Origin: Rhodanobacter sp.
Lineage (GTDB): Bacteria; Pseudomonadota; Gammaproteobacteria; Xanthomonadales; Rhodanobacteraceae
Direction: 5' to 3'
Assembly (NCBI GenBank): GCA_040004895.1
Contig: JBDTZX010000330.1
Coordinates: forward strand, 1-63,245
Length of the DNA stretch: 63,245 bases
The notes under the pieces were generated by a model that saw only the letters and a program-made list of their open reading frames with translations, was not told where the DNA came from and made no database searches. The position numbers and the translations under genes are program-made. Below are positions 28,184-38,454 of the stretch, piece after piece. Every line of letters begins with the position of its first letter. Within the stretch, counting starts at the first letter, position 1.

Positions 28184-29176
28184 TCAGAGTGCCTTCAACC
28201 AGTCCACTTTCATCAGCTGACTGGTCTCCAGGGTGGGAACGGAGAGCGAGGCATTGCCGTTGCCGGTCATGGTGACCGGGGTTCCGGCGCCGAGGCTGGT
28301 CACGGTGAATGGCGTGCCGACGAGACCGGCGATGCCTTCGTCGAAATAAACGACTTTGGTATCGGAGAGGTTGGCGACGTTGCCGTTGATGGTGGGTCGC
28401 TCGACGATCCATTCGGCCGAATTGCCGTTCAGGCTGGTTCCCTTGGGCGCGGTGATGCTGAAAGAGGTGCTGAGTCCGCTGCTCTGGTTGGTGAGGTAGA
28501 CGGTGGCGGTGCTGCTGGAGTTGACGCAGATCAGGCAGTACATGGTGTCGCCAGCGGCGACGCCAAAATTGGTGATCGCGACCTCGTTGGCGGGAAACCA
28601 CTCCCACCAGACATACACCTGCCGGAAGGTGAAGATGCCGAGGTCGATGATCTCGGTTTCGGTACCGGCCTGCAGCACATCGCCGGAACCCCAGCCATCG
28701 ATGCCGATCCACTCGGACGCGTAATAACTTCCCAGCGCGGGCGCGTGAGGATTGGGCACGGTCCATTGCCCGGCGACCCAGCCGAACGTACGCCCGCGCG
28801 GTGCCTGGCAAACGCTGCCGGACCAGTTGGAGCTGGTCGCGTTGGCGACGCCTTCGCCCGCCTTGGCGCGTACGGAGAGTCTGGCCTTCGCGGTAGACGG
28901 CCGCACGGCGGGTCCATGCTGTTTCCCTGGCACTTCGCGAAACGCGGGCGTAACCCACGTACGTGCGCGCGAAAAAGCCTTGTCCCACATGCTGCGCAAC
29001 TGCGGCTCGGCTTTTCGGTCCGGCCGGGTGGGGAAGCCATGGCGCAGCAGCAACCGCGGCGTCGCCGAGAGTGGATTGAAATCCGCGGGCGGCAACGCGT
29101 AAGTGCGGACGCTGAAACCCTTGGGGGTGGTGAGGGACGGAGTCTTCACCGGTTTGGCGGAACGTCGGGTGGCCAT
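28184..29176 (-). CDS. Family G1 glutamic peptidase (eqolisin type) with propeptide
   Basis: SSNWSG, WIGIDG, LQAGT (catalytic Gln), WWEWFP and SAEWIVERP (catalytic Glu). Confidence 0.88.
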   Translation of the reverse strand: MATRRSAKPVKTPSLTTPKGFSVRTYALPPADFNPLSATPRLLLRHGFPTRPDRKAEPQLRSMWDKAFSRARTWVTPAFREVPGKQHGPAVRPSTAKARLSVRAKAGEGVANATSSNWSGSVCQAPRGRTFGWVAGQWTVPNPHAPALGSYYASEWIGIDGWGSGDVLQAGTETEIIDLGIFTFRQVYVWWEWFPANEVAITNFGVAAGDTMYCLICVNSSSTATVYLTNQSSGLSTSFSITAPKGTSLNGNSAEWIVERPTINGNVANLSDTKVVYFDEGIAGLVGTPFTVTSLGAGTPVTMTGNGNASLSVPTLETSQLMKVDWLKAL

Positions 29177-29513
29177 GATGTTTTCCTCGGCAATGGGGTG
29201 CGGCCGGCGCGGAGAAATCGTGCCTGTCCGTAACGGTCGTCATGTCGTCGGAGGCGCAAAATCGCGCTCGTCGATGCAGTGGGTGATTGCGTGGATCACG
29301 CTAGGCCAACCGTGCGTGGCTCGCCATACGTGCGAAGCGCTAGGCTGGAAGCGGTACAAAAACAGTGTCTGGATGTTTGGAAAATGCGGGAAAGCAGGGC
29401 CGCAACGCACGGTCACCCGGCACGACGATGGGCACCAACGCGGCGTTGGTCCTTCCCGGAGGCGCCCACTGTCTTTGCCGTACTCTCACGATCGCCAACC
29501 CATGGGAGGTTTC

Positions 29514-29996
29514 ATGAAAGCACTCGTTTCCATCATGTTGATCGCTGGCGTGATTCAGAACGCACCGGTTCTTGCACGGCCATCCACCGCCTCTCCCTTG
29601 CTCGGCAGCTGGGCTGTCGATGTGTCGCGCCTGCCGATTCCGCCCGCGGCGCGGCCGAAGAGCGTCACTTTCACGTTCAGCGATACAGGCGGCGGCAAGT
29701 GGACGACGCAGGTCGACATCGTCGACGGCAGTGGAGCGAAGAGCCACGCCACAAGCATTGCCGATCTCGAAGGCACGCCCGCTCCGATCAAGGACAGCCT
29801 TGAGGCCGACACCGTCGCCCTGAAGCTGCCTGCACCCAATGTTCTGGTGATGGACCTGGTGAAGGGGGGCATTCCGGCTTCGACGCGTGTCTACACCGTC
29901 GCTGCGGATGGCAGGACGATGATCGAGATCGCCTCCTATGCCGGAGGCGGAGGCATGCCGATGATGCGCACGAACTATTTCACCCGCGTCCGATAA
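29514..29996 (+). CDS. Secreted lipocalin-like hypothetical protein
   Basis: GGAGG RBS; signal peptide; LLGSWAVD and RVYTVAADGRTMIE. Confidence 0.75.
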   Translation: MKALVSIMLIAGVIQNAPVLARPSTASPLLGSWAVDVSRLPIPPAARPKSVTFTFSDTGGGKWTTQVDIVDGSGAKSHATSIADLEGTPAPIKDSLEADTVALKLPAPNVLVMDLVKGGIPASTRVYTVAADGRTMIEIASYAGGGGMPMMRTNYFTRVR

Positions 29997-30177
29997 CTGT
30001 CTTGCGCCAGCGCCGTTCTCAATGTGCAGCACCGATGCTTGCCGGAGAAGGTAACTTGAAAGCAGTATGGGCGATCCTGACTTCTTGGCATGTCTTGCCT
30101 GTCTTGATTTCTGTCTGTTGAATCGCAAGCGATATGGATGGCTATACTCGCCTGTCCATTTTGGGGAGAACAATGCG

Positions 30178-32574
30178 ATGCGATTCAGATGGCCGGTCTG
30201 GGCGGCGGTAGCGATGCTGCTCTGCTGCTGTGAAATCGCGCAGGCACAAACTGCAGGGAAAACGAATGGCGCGACATTCCGATTGCTGCACACGGTCGGT
30301 GCTGAAGCGGAGATCGTCGATGCCGCCGGCAAGCGCGCAACGCTGCAAACCGGCGACCGTTTCGGCGACTGGACGCTGATGGACGTAGCCACAGGTGCAA
30401 CGCCAGTCGTGGTACTGGAGGATTTCGTCCATCGTGACGACGGTCACGTGCTGTATGTGGATACTGACGGTGTGCGCGCGGATCTGCCCAAAACGGCCGA
30501 GTCGACGCAGGACACCACCCGCGGTCGTGCCCTGGGCCACGCCATCGACGAAGTGAAGGCGAGCGCGAGCGATCTGCTCGGTCGGCAAATTCTGGTCGGC
30601 AGCAACGACCCAAGCTACGTCGATGTGGCGAACGCCTTTCCACCGATCACCAAAATGTCCTCGGATACTTTCGATTTCCTGGGTACGCCGGATACGGCGG
30701 ACAAGGTCTGGTTCAACTACGGTGGACGCTCACCGAATTTCGACCCTGCCATCTACCAGCCTTCGGTGGAGACCGTGCGCAAGGCATGCGAGGTGCGCGA
30801 CGGCCTGGTGGGCGGCTGGCTGCCGGTGCGGCGTTTCGTCTATCCGGAAGCAAGCGGTGCATGGACGGAGATGCTGGCCTTCGCGCCGTTCCGGATCATG
30901 AATGGCAACGACCGCATTCAGCCGGTGTGGTACCGCGTCAGCCGCATCGAGAACGGTCGGCTGAAGTGGAGCCGCTACGTCGATACCTATGTCGCGTTTC
31001 CGATGCGGGATGTCGACGATCCGCGGCTGGCGCGAGATTTCTATGCCGCCCTTGGCGCATTCAAGGCGGACTGGGAAACCCGGCTGGCGCAGGGCATTGA
31101 GGTGCATCTGCCGGACAAGCGCGTGGAGAACATGGCGCGCTTCGGGCTGGTGCGCAGCATCATGACGCGCATCGGCGATTATCCTAAGTATGGCGTGCTG
31201 GACCGCAACTACGGCGGTGCCGAGCACGACGGATTTCCGGATACATTCAATGTCGAAACGACAGCCATGCTCGACTGGGGTCTGCTCGACCGCGCCGGTC
31301 GCTACATTGAAAACTATTTCTCTCACTTCGTGCGCGACGACGGTTCGCTGGTCTACCGCGGGCCGGAGACGGGACAGTACGGACGCATGCTCACGGTCGC
31401 CGCGCAGTATGTGGAGGATGGCGGCGATCCGAATCTTTTGCTGCGTCAGCGCAGGCGCCTGGACGCCATCACGAACCTCCTGCTCGGCTTGCGCGAACGC
31501 GCGTTGCAGCTGCCAGCCGGCGATCCGGCGCATGGCATGATCGCCGCGTGGAGCGAGGCAGACTCCGTGCTGGAGCCTGATCCCGCGCGCTACATGCAGC
31601 CGTATTTCTCCAACAGCGCCGAGGCCGCGCGCGGCTTTCTGGAACTTGGCGGAGTGTGGGCGCGCATCGGCGCGCAACGCCGCGACCCGGAACTGATGCA
31701 ATGGGGGCATCGGCTGACGGAAGCGGGCATCAATCTTCGGCGCGATCTGCAGACGTCCATCCAAAGTTTGGTGTTGCATGTGGACGGCGAAACCATTTTG
31801 CCCACGATTGCCGGCGCGAAGGAGCCGTTTCACATCGTGGTGGCGCGCGACCACACCGATCCGCAGTACCGCGCTTATCGGGCCAACATGGAAATGCTGT
31901 ATTCCGGGCTGATGACGTCGCAGGAGGCCGACCTCATCATCGATTATCGCGAGCACCACCACGACGTGCTGCTCGGCATGCCAACCGCCTATGGTTACAG
32001 CACGGGCGAGCTGGCCGGGTTTCTTTCCTATGGCCACGGATACGGTCTGCTGCAGCAAGACCGCATTCGCGAGGCGTTGCTGTTGCTCTACAGCGATATG
32101 GCGCATCAGTACACGCGCGGTGCATGGCTGGCGCCGGAGACACGCAACGTGTTCGAGGCGCTTCCCGCTGCGCCTTACTGCACGCCGGCGCAACTGGTCG
32201 CGAGCCTGATGACGCGCTGGCTGCTGGTGTTCGAGGATCAACGCAGCAATACGCTGTGGTTGGGCAAGGGGCTTCCGCGCGCGTGGCTCGCCGACGGGCA
32301 GGTGGTGGACGTGCAACGTGTGCCCACGCGCTGGGGCATGGTCGGTTATCGACTCGTCTCCTACTGGCGGCAGAAGCGGATCAATGCTGTGGTCGGTTTC
32401 CCGTCCGCTGGTCTGACCGTACCCACAAAACTGCGCCTGCGGCCGCCCGACGGCGCTCACCTGCGCAGCGTCATCGTCAACGGTCGCCCTTGGGCGACAT
32501 TCGATGCCGCGGCGGAGACAATCACGCTGCCGGCGGGCACGGCCGGACGCATCGAACTGGTAGCCAGGTATTGA
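30178..32574 (+). CDS. Large secreted uncharacterised protein, probable (alpha/alpha)6 glycoside hydrolase/phosphorylase-like
   Basis: GGGGAG RBS, signal peptide, about 798 aa. The C-terminus (LWLGKGLPRAWL..G..V.V...PTRWG.V...LRLR.P.G..L.SV.VNG) resembles tails of six-hairpin glycosidases. Confidence 0.65.
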   Translation: MRFRWPVWAAVAMLLCCCEIAQAQTAGKTNGATFRLLHTVGAEAEIVDAAGKRATLQTGDRFGDWTLMDVATGATPVVVLEDFVHRDDGHVLYVDTDGVRADLPKTAESTQDTTRGRALGHAIDEVKASASDLLGRQILVGSNDPSYVDVANAFPPITKMSSDTFDFLGTPDTADKVWFNYGGRSPNFDPAIYQPSVETVRKACEVRDGLVGGWLPVRRFVYPEASGAWTEMLAFAPFRIMNGNDRIQPVWYRVSRIENGRLKWSRYVDTYVAFPMRDVDDPRLARDFYAALGAFKADWETRLAQGIEVHLPDKRVENMARFGLVRSIMTRIGDYPKYGVLDRNYGGAEHDGFPDTFNVETTAMLDWGLLDRAGRYIENYFSHFVRDDGSLVYRGPETGQYGRMLTVAAQYVEDGGDPNLLLRQRRRLDAITNLLLGLRERALQLPAGDPAHGMIAAWSEADSVLEPDPARYMQPYFSNSAEAARGFLELGGVWARIGAQRRDPELMQWGHRLTEAGINLRRDLQTSIQSLVLHVDGETILPTIAGAKEPFHIVVARDHTDPQYRAYRANMEMLYSGLMTSQEADLIIDYREHHHDVLLGMPTAYGYSTGELAGFLSYGHGYGLLQQDRIREALLLLYSDMAHQYTRGAWLAPETRNVFEALPAAPYCTPAQLVASLMTRWLLVFEDQRSNTLWLGKGLPRAWLADGQVVDVQRVPTRWGMVGYRLVSYWRQKRINAVVGFPSAGLTVPTKLRLRPPDGAHLRSVIVNGRPWATFDAAAETITLPAGTAGRIELVARY

Positions 32575-32638
32575 GTCCAGGCCGCGTCCTGCGCCAGTCG
32601 GGCTTGAGCCCTGCTGTGGCCCATGGGACGATCGCGGC

Positions 32639-33088
32639 ATGAACAGCCGGCCAGCCGAAGCGCAGAACCTGCGTGACCTTGCGCGACTGCGTCGTGTGCG
32701 TGACCGGATCGATCGCGAGTACGCGCAGCCGCTGAACGTCGACGCACTCGCCCGCGATGCGTACATGTCGGCCGGCCATCTCAGCCGCCAGTTCAAGCTC
32801 GCTTTCGGCGAGTCGCCCTACAGCTATCTGATGACCCGGCGCATCGAGCGCGCGATGGCGATGCTGCGTCGTGGCGACCTCAGTGTCACCGAGGTCTGCT
32901 TCGCAGTCGGCTGCGCATCGCTGGGCACCTTCAGCACACGCTTCAGCGAGCTGGCAGGCATGCCGCCCAGTGTCTATCGACGCGAAGCGGCGCTTGCGAC
33001 GGCGGGCATGCCGTCCTGCGTGGCGAGGCAGGTGACCCGACCGGTCAGGAATCGAGAAGCGCCGGACCCCGAGTCGCATCTAGCATGA
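32639..33088 (+). CDS. Stand-alone AraC-family HTH regulator
   Basis: LRRVRDRIDREYAQPL...SAGHLSRQFK.AFGESP...SVTEVCFAVG..SLGTFS.RF. Confidence 0.9.
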   Translation: MNSRPAEAQNLRDLARLRRVRDRIDREYAQPLNVDALARDAYMSAGHLSRQFKLAFGESPYSYLMTRRIERAMAMLRRGDLSVTEVCFAVGCASLGTFSTRFSELAGMPPSVYRREAALATAGMPSCVARQVTRPVRNREAPDPESHLA

Positions 33089-33528
33089 CGGCTCCTCCCA
33101 CACCGAGCACGACCGTCATGGACATCAACATTCACGCGAGTTTTCTTCCGCAGACCGACCCGGACGCCTCGGTGGCGTTCTATCGCGACATCCTCGGCTT
33201 CGAGGTCCGCAAGGACGTCGGATACAACGGATTGCGCTGGATCACGGTCGGCCCGCCCGATCAGCCCGGCACGTCCATCGTGCTGTACCCGCCCACCGCC
33301 AGTCCCGGCGTGACTGACGACGAGCGCCGGATCATCGCAGAGATGATGGCCAAAGGCACCTACGCGATCATGCTGCTGGCCACCAGGAATCTGGACGCCG
33401 CCTTCGAGCGGATCCAGGCCAGCGGTGCCGAGGTCGTCGAAGAGCCGACCGAGCAGCCCTACGGAGTTCGCGACTGCGCCGTCCGCGATCCGGCGGGCAA
33501 CCTGCTGCGCGTGCAGGAGCAGCGCTGA
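33085..33528 (+). CDS. VOC family protein
   Basis: AFYRDILGFEV..DV....RWITVG and EPTEQPYGVRDCAVRDPAGN. Start may be ATG 33118. Confidence 0.9.
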   Translation: MTAPPTPSTTVMDINIHASFLPQTDPDASVAFYRDILGFEVRKDVGYNGLRWITVGPPDQPGTSIVLYPPTASPGVTDDERRIIAEMMAKGTYAIMLLATRNLDAAFERIQASGAEVVEEPTEQPYGVRDCAVRDPAGNLLRVQEQR

Positions 33529-33611
33529 ACCCTCCGGCGATGGCCGCTCGATTCGTGATGTCATCGATGCGATCGGCCGGGATGCACATTGAGGGATGAG
33601 CGGCGGCAACC

Positions 33612-34046
33612 ATGACGAAAGGAACGGCCAGCATGAAGAGCGGGAAGATCGGCTCGAAAAGAGAAAGCGGGAACGACACGCCGTCCCGGCTGATCGATGC
33701 GCGGATCAAGCAACTCGGCGATTGGCGCGGTGAAACGCTGGCCCGTGTCCGGGCGATCATCAAGCAGGCCGTTCCCGAGGTGGTCGAGGAATGGAAGTGG
33801 CGCGGGGTTCCGGTGTGGTACCACGCCGGAATGATCTGTACCGGCGAGACGTACAAGGATTACCTGAAGATGACCTTCGCCAAGGGCGCCTCGCTGGACG
33901 ACCCGTCAGGCCTCTTCAACGCCAGCCTCGACGGCAATACTCGTCGTGCCATCGATATCCACGAGACTGACACGATCGACGACATGGCCTTGAAGACGCT
34001 GCTTCGCGCCGCCGTTGCACTGAACACGTCCAATGCCAGCCGATGA
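33612..34046 (+). CDS. DUF1801 (YdhG-like) protein
   Basis: LGDWRGETL...EEWKWRGVPVW...KMTFAKGASL.DP.GLFNASL.GN.RRAID. Confidence 0.88.
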   Translation: MTKGTASMKSGKIGSKRESGNDTPSRLIDARIKQLGDWRGETLARVRAIIKQAVPEVVEEWKWRGVPVWYHAGMICTGETYKDYLKMTFAKGASLDDPSGLFNASLDGNTRRAIDIHETDTIDDMALKTLLRAAVALNTSNASR

Positions 34047-34161
34047 GCGGCGGGCGGCAGCGGCAGGTCCAATCGGGAATCGGATGTCGCATGTTCGGTC
34101 CTGCAGCGGCTGGCACAAGAAAGCGCCGGGCCTGGCCAGGCTCGATGCTTGCCATGCAGGA

Positions 34162-34629
34162 TCAGCGCAGCGGTTCTGTCGCCGTGTCACCTTTGCATGC
34201 GACCGGCTGGCCACTCGTGCCAACCACCGGGGTGAAGCTCGAACCCGTGTGGTTGATGACGATGCCACCATCGCACCGCTGGTTTCGATCCAGCCGGTAA
34301 GTGGCCTGCACGCGAAGCTCTTCCTGTCGCTGCTGGTTCATGCGCAGGAGCTGCGCCGCCTGATATTGCCGAGCCTGCTCGTTCACCTGCTGGTGCGTTT
34401 CGGTGAGGTCCTCGCGCTGCTGCTTCAGATTGGCCGCCAGCTGTGCCTGGCGTTGCTGGGCACCTGCTTTCGCCTGTTGTGCGTCCAGCTCGGCAGAACG
34501 AGCGGAATCGCGCAGGACCTCATCGGCGTGATGTCCCGCGAGGTACTGGGAAAGTCCGTTCCACGCGATCACCGCGACGATCAAGCTCGCGACGACGGCC
34601 CCGATTTTCCACGACGACGGCATGGCCAT
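34162..34629 (-). CDS. Hypothetical membrane-anchored coiled-coil protein with C-terminal Cys pair
   Basis: N-terminal TM, Gln-rich coiled coil, RCDGG...VAC. Confidence 0.65.
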   Translation of the reverse strand: MAMPSSWKIGAVVASLIVAVIAWNGLSQYLAGHHADEVLRDSARSAELDAQQAKAGAQQRQAQLAANLKQQREDLTETHQQVNEQARQYQAAQLLRMNQQRQEELRVQATYRLDRNQRCDGGIVINHTGSSFTPVVGTSGQPVACKGDTATEPLR

Positions 34630-35066
34630 TGCACCCGAACCTCAGCAAGTTGTGAAAAATCTCGGACCATCACACGCCACGGCCACGTCGCCGTGCATCG
34701 CTCGGCGGAGTCTAGCAGGGTGAAATACGGCGTCGAAAATTGCGCCTGATGCTCGAACGGCTGTTCCGGAGTCGGACCCGCGTTTCGACGACCTCCGGCG
34801 CAGGATCGGCCTGCCGAAGCTGTACTGAGCGTCTCTTTCATGAGGGCTCGGTGCTCCCGGCCCTTGATGGCCGGCGACTGTGATTGGCTGCCAACGGCCG
34901 GGCGATGCCCGGCGCATTTGCACAGGCGAGGGCAATGCGCTCACGAATGGCTCTGGCCAGGGATAGGGTTGATTGAATGGTGTGCTGTGCATCAGCTTGT
35001 TGCACTGTGCCCGAGCCGTGTCATGGTGGTACGTTGAGAAATATTCTTTCGATCGTTGGAGCCGAC

Positions 35067-37016
35067 ATGCCACGTGTTTCTGCAATGAGTTTGCTTATGG
35101 TCAGGCGCTTCCATGCAGGGCGCCTTGCTCTGGCGGTGTCGCTCGCGTTCGCCGCCAGTGCCGCGGTGGCGCAACAGACGCGCACCGACGAGGTGCCGCC
35201 GCCGCAGGACACGCCGTATCCCGGCACGGTCGTTCTGCATGTGGATGCCAGCGACACGGCGCAGGGCATTTTCCGTGTCCACGAAACGATGCCGGTGCAG
35301 GCGGGCGCGTTGACGTTGCTCTATCCACAATGGATCCCCGGTGACCACTCGCCGAGTGGTCCGATCGCCATGCTCGCCGGCCTCACGATCAAAGCCGCCG
35401 GCAAGCCGCTGGGATGGAAGCGCGACAAGTACAACGTGTATGCATTTCATCTCGATGTGCCGGCGGGTGTGTCCAGCATCGAGGTCGATTTTCAGTATCT
35501 TTCCGAACGCAACGGCGGGTTCGAGATCACCGATCGCATGATGGACATGGAGTGGAGCAAGGTATCGCTGTATCCCGCGGGCCATTTTTCGCGCGGCATC
35601 ACTTTTTCGCCGAGCGTGACGCTGGCGCATGGCTGGCAACTCGGCACTGCGCTCGAGACGGCATCTCAGTCGGGCGACACCACTCAATTCAAGCCGGTGA
35701 CATTCAACAACCTGGTCGACTCGCCGATCTATGCAGGCCAGTACTTCCGGCGCGTCGATCTCACCTCCGCCGGCGGCACGCCGGTGCATCTGGATGTCGT
35801 GGCGGATGCACCGAAGTACCTGGAGATGACGCCGGAGCAGTTGAAGGTGCATCGCGCGCTGGTGACCCAGGCGACCACGCTGTTCGGCTCGCATCACTAC
35901 GACCACTACGATTTCCTGTTCTCGCTGTCCGACCAACTGGGTGGCAACGGCACCGAGCACCATCAATCCAGCGAGGACGGTCTGGGTGCCGACTACTTCA
36001 CCGCGTGGAGCGAAAACGCGCCCGATCGTGATCTGCTCGCACACGAGTACGTGCATTCGTGGAACGGCAAGTTCCGCCGACCAGCAGATCTGTGGACGCC
36101 CAATTTCAATGTGCCGATGGGCGATTCGCTGTTGTGGGTGTACGAGGGGCAGACGCAGTACTGGGGTTTCGTGCTGACCGCGCGTTCGGGCATCTGGTCG
36201 CCGCAGCAGTTCCGCGATGCGCTGGCCATGACGGCCGCCAACTACGAACGCAATCGCCCGGGCTTCCAGTGGCGGACCCTGGAGGACACCACCAACGATC
36301 CCACCGCCGCCCATCGATCAAGCCTGCCGTATCGCAGCTGGCAGATGAGCGAGGACTACTACAGCGCCGGCCAGATGATCTGGCTGGAGGTGGACAGCAA
36401 GCTGCGTGCGCTTAGCCATGATCGCAAATCGCTGGACGATTTCGCTCGTGCGTTCTTTGGCATCGACAACGGCAGCTACGTCACCCGCACGTATACCTTC
36501 GACGACGTGGTGGCGGTATTGAACGGCGTGGCGCCTTTCGACTGGGCCAGCTATCTGCATGCGCGGGTGAGTTCGCTCAATCCGCCGCTCGACGGCATCG
36601 ACGGCAGTGGCTGGAAGCTGGTCTACACCGACAAAGAAAGTGAGTACGAGAAGCAGTACAACAGCCGGCCGGAACCGCCGCGCCATCTGTACAACTTCAC
36701 CTGGTCGATCGGTCTGACCATGGCGGACGAGGGTCTGGTGAACGACGTGAAGTGGGACGGCCCGGCGTTCAAGGCGGGCGTCAGCAGCGGATCGACGCTG
36801 GTGGCGGTGAACGGCCAGGACTATTCGGGTGAGGCATTGAAGAGTGCGATCGCGGCGGCCAAGGGAAGCCAGATACCGATCCGGCTGCTGTTGAAATACC
36901 AGGGCAGCTACCGGACCATCTCGCTGGACTACCACGGCGGCTTGCAGTATCCGCATCTGGTCCGCGTCGAAGGCACACCGGATTATCTCGGCGAGATCGG
37001 CGCGGCAAGAAAGTAG
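35067..37016 (+). CDS. M61 family glycyl aminopeptidase with C-terminal PDZ-like domain
   Basis: PQWIPG, LVDSP, GTEH, LLAHEYVHSWNGK.RRP (HExxH) and LLWVYEGQTQY; signal peptide. Start 35067 or 35097. Confidence 0.92.
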   Translation: MPRVSAMSLLMVRRFHAGRLALAVSLAFAASAAVAQQTRTDEVPPPQDTPYPGTVVLHVDASDTAQGIFRVHETMPVQAGALTLLYPQWIPGDHSPSGPIAMLAGLTIKAAGKPLGWKRDKYNVYAFHLDVPAGVSSIEVDFQYLSERNGGFEITDRMMDMEWSKVSLYPAGHFSRGITFSPSVTLAHGWQLGTALETASQSGDTTQFKPVTFNNLVDSPIYAGQYFRRVDLTSAGGTPVHLDVVADAPKYLEMTPEQLKVHRALVTQATTLFGSHHYDHYDFLFSLSDQLGGNGTEHHQSSEDGLGADYFTAWSENAPDRDLLAHEYVHSWNGKFRRPADLWTPNFNVPMGDSLLWVYEGQTQYWGFVLTARSGIWSPQQFRDALAMTAANYERNRPGFQWRTLEDTTNDPTAAHRSSLPYRSWQMSEDYYSAGQMIWLEVDSKLRALSHDRKSLDDFARAFFGIDNGSYVTRTYTFDDVVAVLNGVAPFDWASYLHARVSSLNPPLDGIDGSGWKLVYTDKESEYEKQYNSRPEPPRHLYNFTWSIGLTMADEGLVNDVKWDGPAFKAGVSSGSTLVAVNGQDYSGEALKSAIAAAKGSQIPIRLLLKYQGSYRTISLDYHGGLQYPHLVRVEGTPDYLGEIGAARK

Positions 37017-37065
37017 CGCGGGTGCAGGCGGCGGACTCCGCCGGCATCCGGATCATGCTGCTCAG

Positions 37066-37103
37066 CGAAGCACCGGCCAGAAGGCCGGTGCTTCGTCGTT
37101 TTT
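37066..37103 (+). terminator. Intrinsic terminator between convergent genes
   Basis: 13-bp stem CGAAGCACCGGCC/GGCCGGTGCTTCG with AGAA loop, followed by TCGTTTTT. Confidence 0.8.
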
Positions 37104-37134
37104 GCGAGCGCAGCAGGCGCGTGAACGTCGAGAA

Positions 37135-38454
37135 TCAGCGTGAACTTGCGGTCACCCGCCAGACGGTGTTGCCGACGTCGTCCGCAACCACCAGCGCACC
37201 TTCCTTGTCCAGCACCAGTCCAACCGGCGCACCGTAGAGTTGTGACTCGTCGTCCGAATGGAATCCGGTGACCACCGGTTCGGGTTTGCCGACCGGCTTG
37301 CCATTCTGGAAGGCGACGAAGACCACTTCATAGCCGCTCAGCGGGGATCGGTCCCAGCTGCCGTGCTCGCTGATGAACGCACCGCTGTGATACTTCTCCG
37401 GCAGCGCATTGGTGGTGGAGATCAGCAAGCCCAGCGGGGCGACATGCGAGCCGATCGCGTAGTCCGGCTTGATCGCCTTGCTGACCAGGTCCGGTCGCTG
37501 CGGCATCACGCGGGTGTCCACGTGCTGGCCGTAGTAACTGTACGGCCAACCGTAAAAGCCGCCTTCCTGGACCGAGGTCAGGTAGTCGGGCACAAGATCG
37601 GCACCGATCTCGTCGCGTTCGTTGGCGATCGCCCACAGCTTGCCGGTGGTCGGTTCCCACTGCAGCCCGGTAGGATTGCGCAGGCCCGCGGCATAGATGC
37701 GACTGCCGCCGGTCGCGACATCGACTTCGAGCACGTCCGCACGCCGGTATTCCACGGCCATTCCGTTCTCGGTGATGTTGCTGTTGGAGCCGACACCGAC
37801 ATACAGCTTCTTGCCGTCCGGGCTCGCCAGCAACGGCTTGGTCCAGTGGTGGTTGATGGTGCCGGGCAGGTCGGCGACCTCGACGGCGGGTACCGTGATC
37901 TGTGCTTCCCCGCTCACGTACGGAAACTTCACGATGCGGTCGGTATCGGCGACATACAGCGTGTCACCGATCAGCTGCACTCCGAACGGCGAGTTCAGGT
38001 TTTCGATGAAGACGTGCTTCTCCCATTCGCCGCCGATTCCGTTCTTCCGGCGCAGCAGCGTGATCCGGTTGCCGCCGGCGGCACTCTTGCCGGATCGGGC
38101 CGTCACCAGGCCGGCAATCAGCTGCTTGGGCGTGGTCACCGGTTCGGTCTCCGGGCTGTTGGCTTCCACGACCAGGATGTCGTCGTTGGGCAGCACGTAA
38201 AGCTGGCGAGGGTGCTTCAAGCCGCCGGCAATCTTCTCGATCTGCAACCCGGCCGCCACTTTGGGTGTCTGTCCCTGTTTCCAGTCGGCCTTTTTCGGAA
38301 CCTGCATGGGCGGTTTCAGAAAGCGCTGGGGTTGGGGCAACGCGGGGTCATTGCCGGACTGCTGCACGGCGTTCATCGACGCCTTGTGGTCACATCCCGA
38401 CAGGAAAGCAGCCAGTGCAAGCGCCAGCGCGCCTTGATGGATGAGCTTATTCAT
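37135..38454 (-). CDS. PQQ-dependent sorbosone dehydrogenase-family lipoprotein
   Basis: Lipobox FLSGC; LYVGVGSNSN, GLRNPTG, NERDEIG..LVPDYLT, YGWPY and HGSWDR. Confidence 0.9.
   Translation of the reverse strand: MNKLIHQGALALALAAFLSGCDHKASMNAVQQSGNDPALPQPQRFLKPPMQVPKKADWKQGQTPKVAAGLQIEKIAGGLKHPRQLYVLPNDDILVVEANSPETEPVTTPKQLIAGLVTARSGKSAAGGNRITLLRRKNGIGGEWEKHVFIENLNSPFGVQLIGDTLYVADTDRIVKFPYVSGEAQITVPAVEVADLPGTINHHWTKPLLASPDGKKLYVGVGSNSNITENGMAVEYRRADVLEVDVATGGSRIYAAGLRNPTGLQWEPTTGKLWAIANERDEIGADLVPDYLTSVQEGGFYGWPYSYYGQHVDTRVMPQRPDLVSKAIKPDYAIGSHVAPLGLLISTTNALPEKYHSGAFISEHGSWDRSPLSGYEVVFVAFQNGKPVGKPEPVVTGFHSDDESQLYGAPVGLVLDKEGALVVADDVGNTVWRVTASSR

Noticed and set aside
35067-37016. M61 aminopeptidase as the maturation protease for the borosin precursor
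   Set aside because: It is on the opposite strand, has its own terminator and is separated by two unrelated genes; nothing in the sequence links them.
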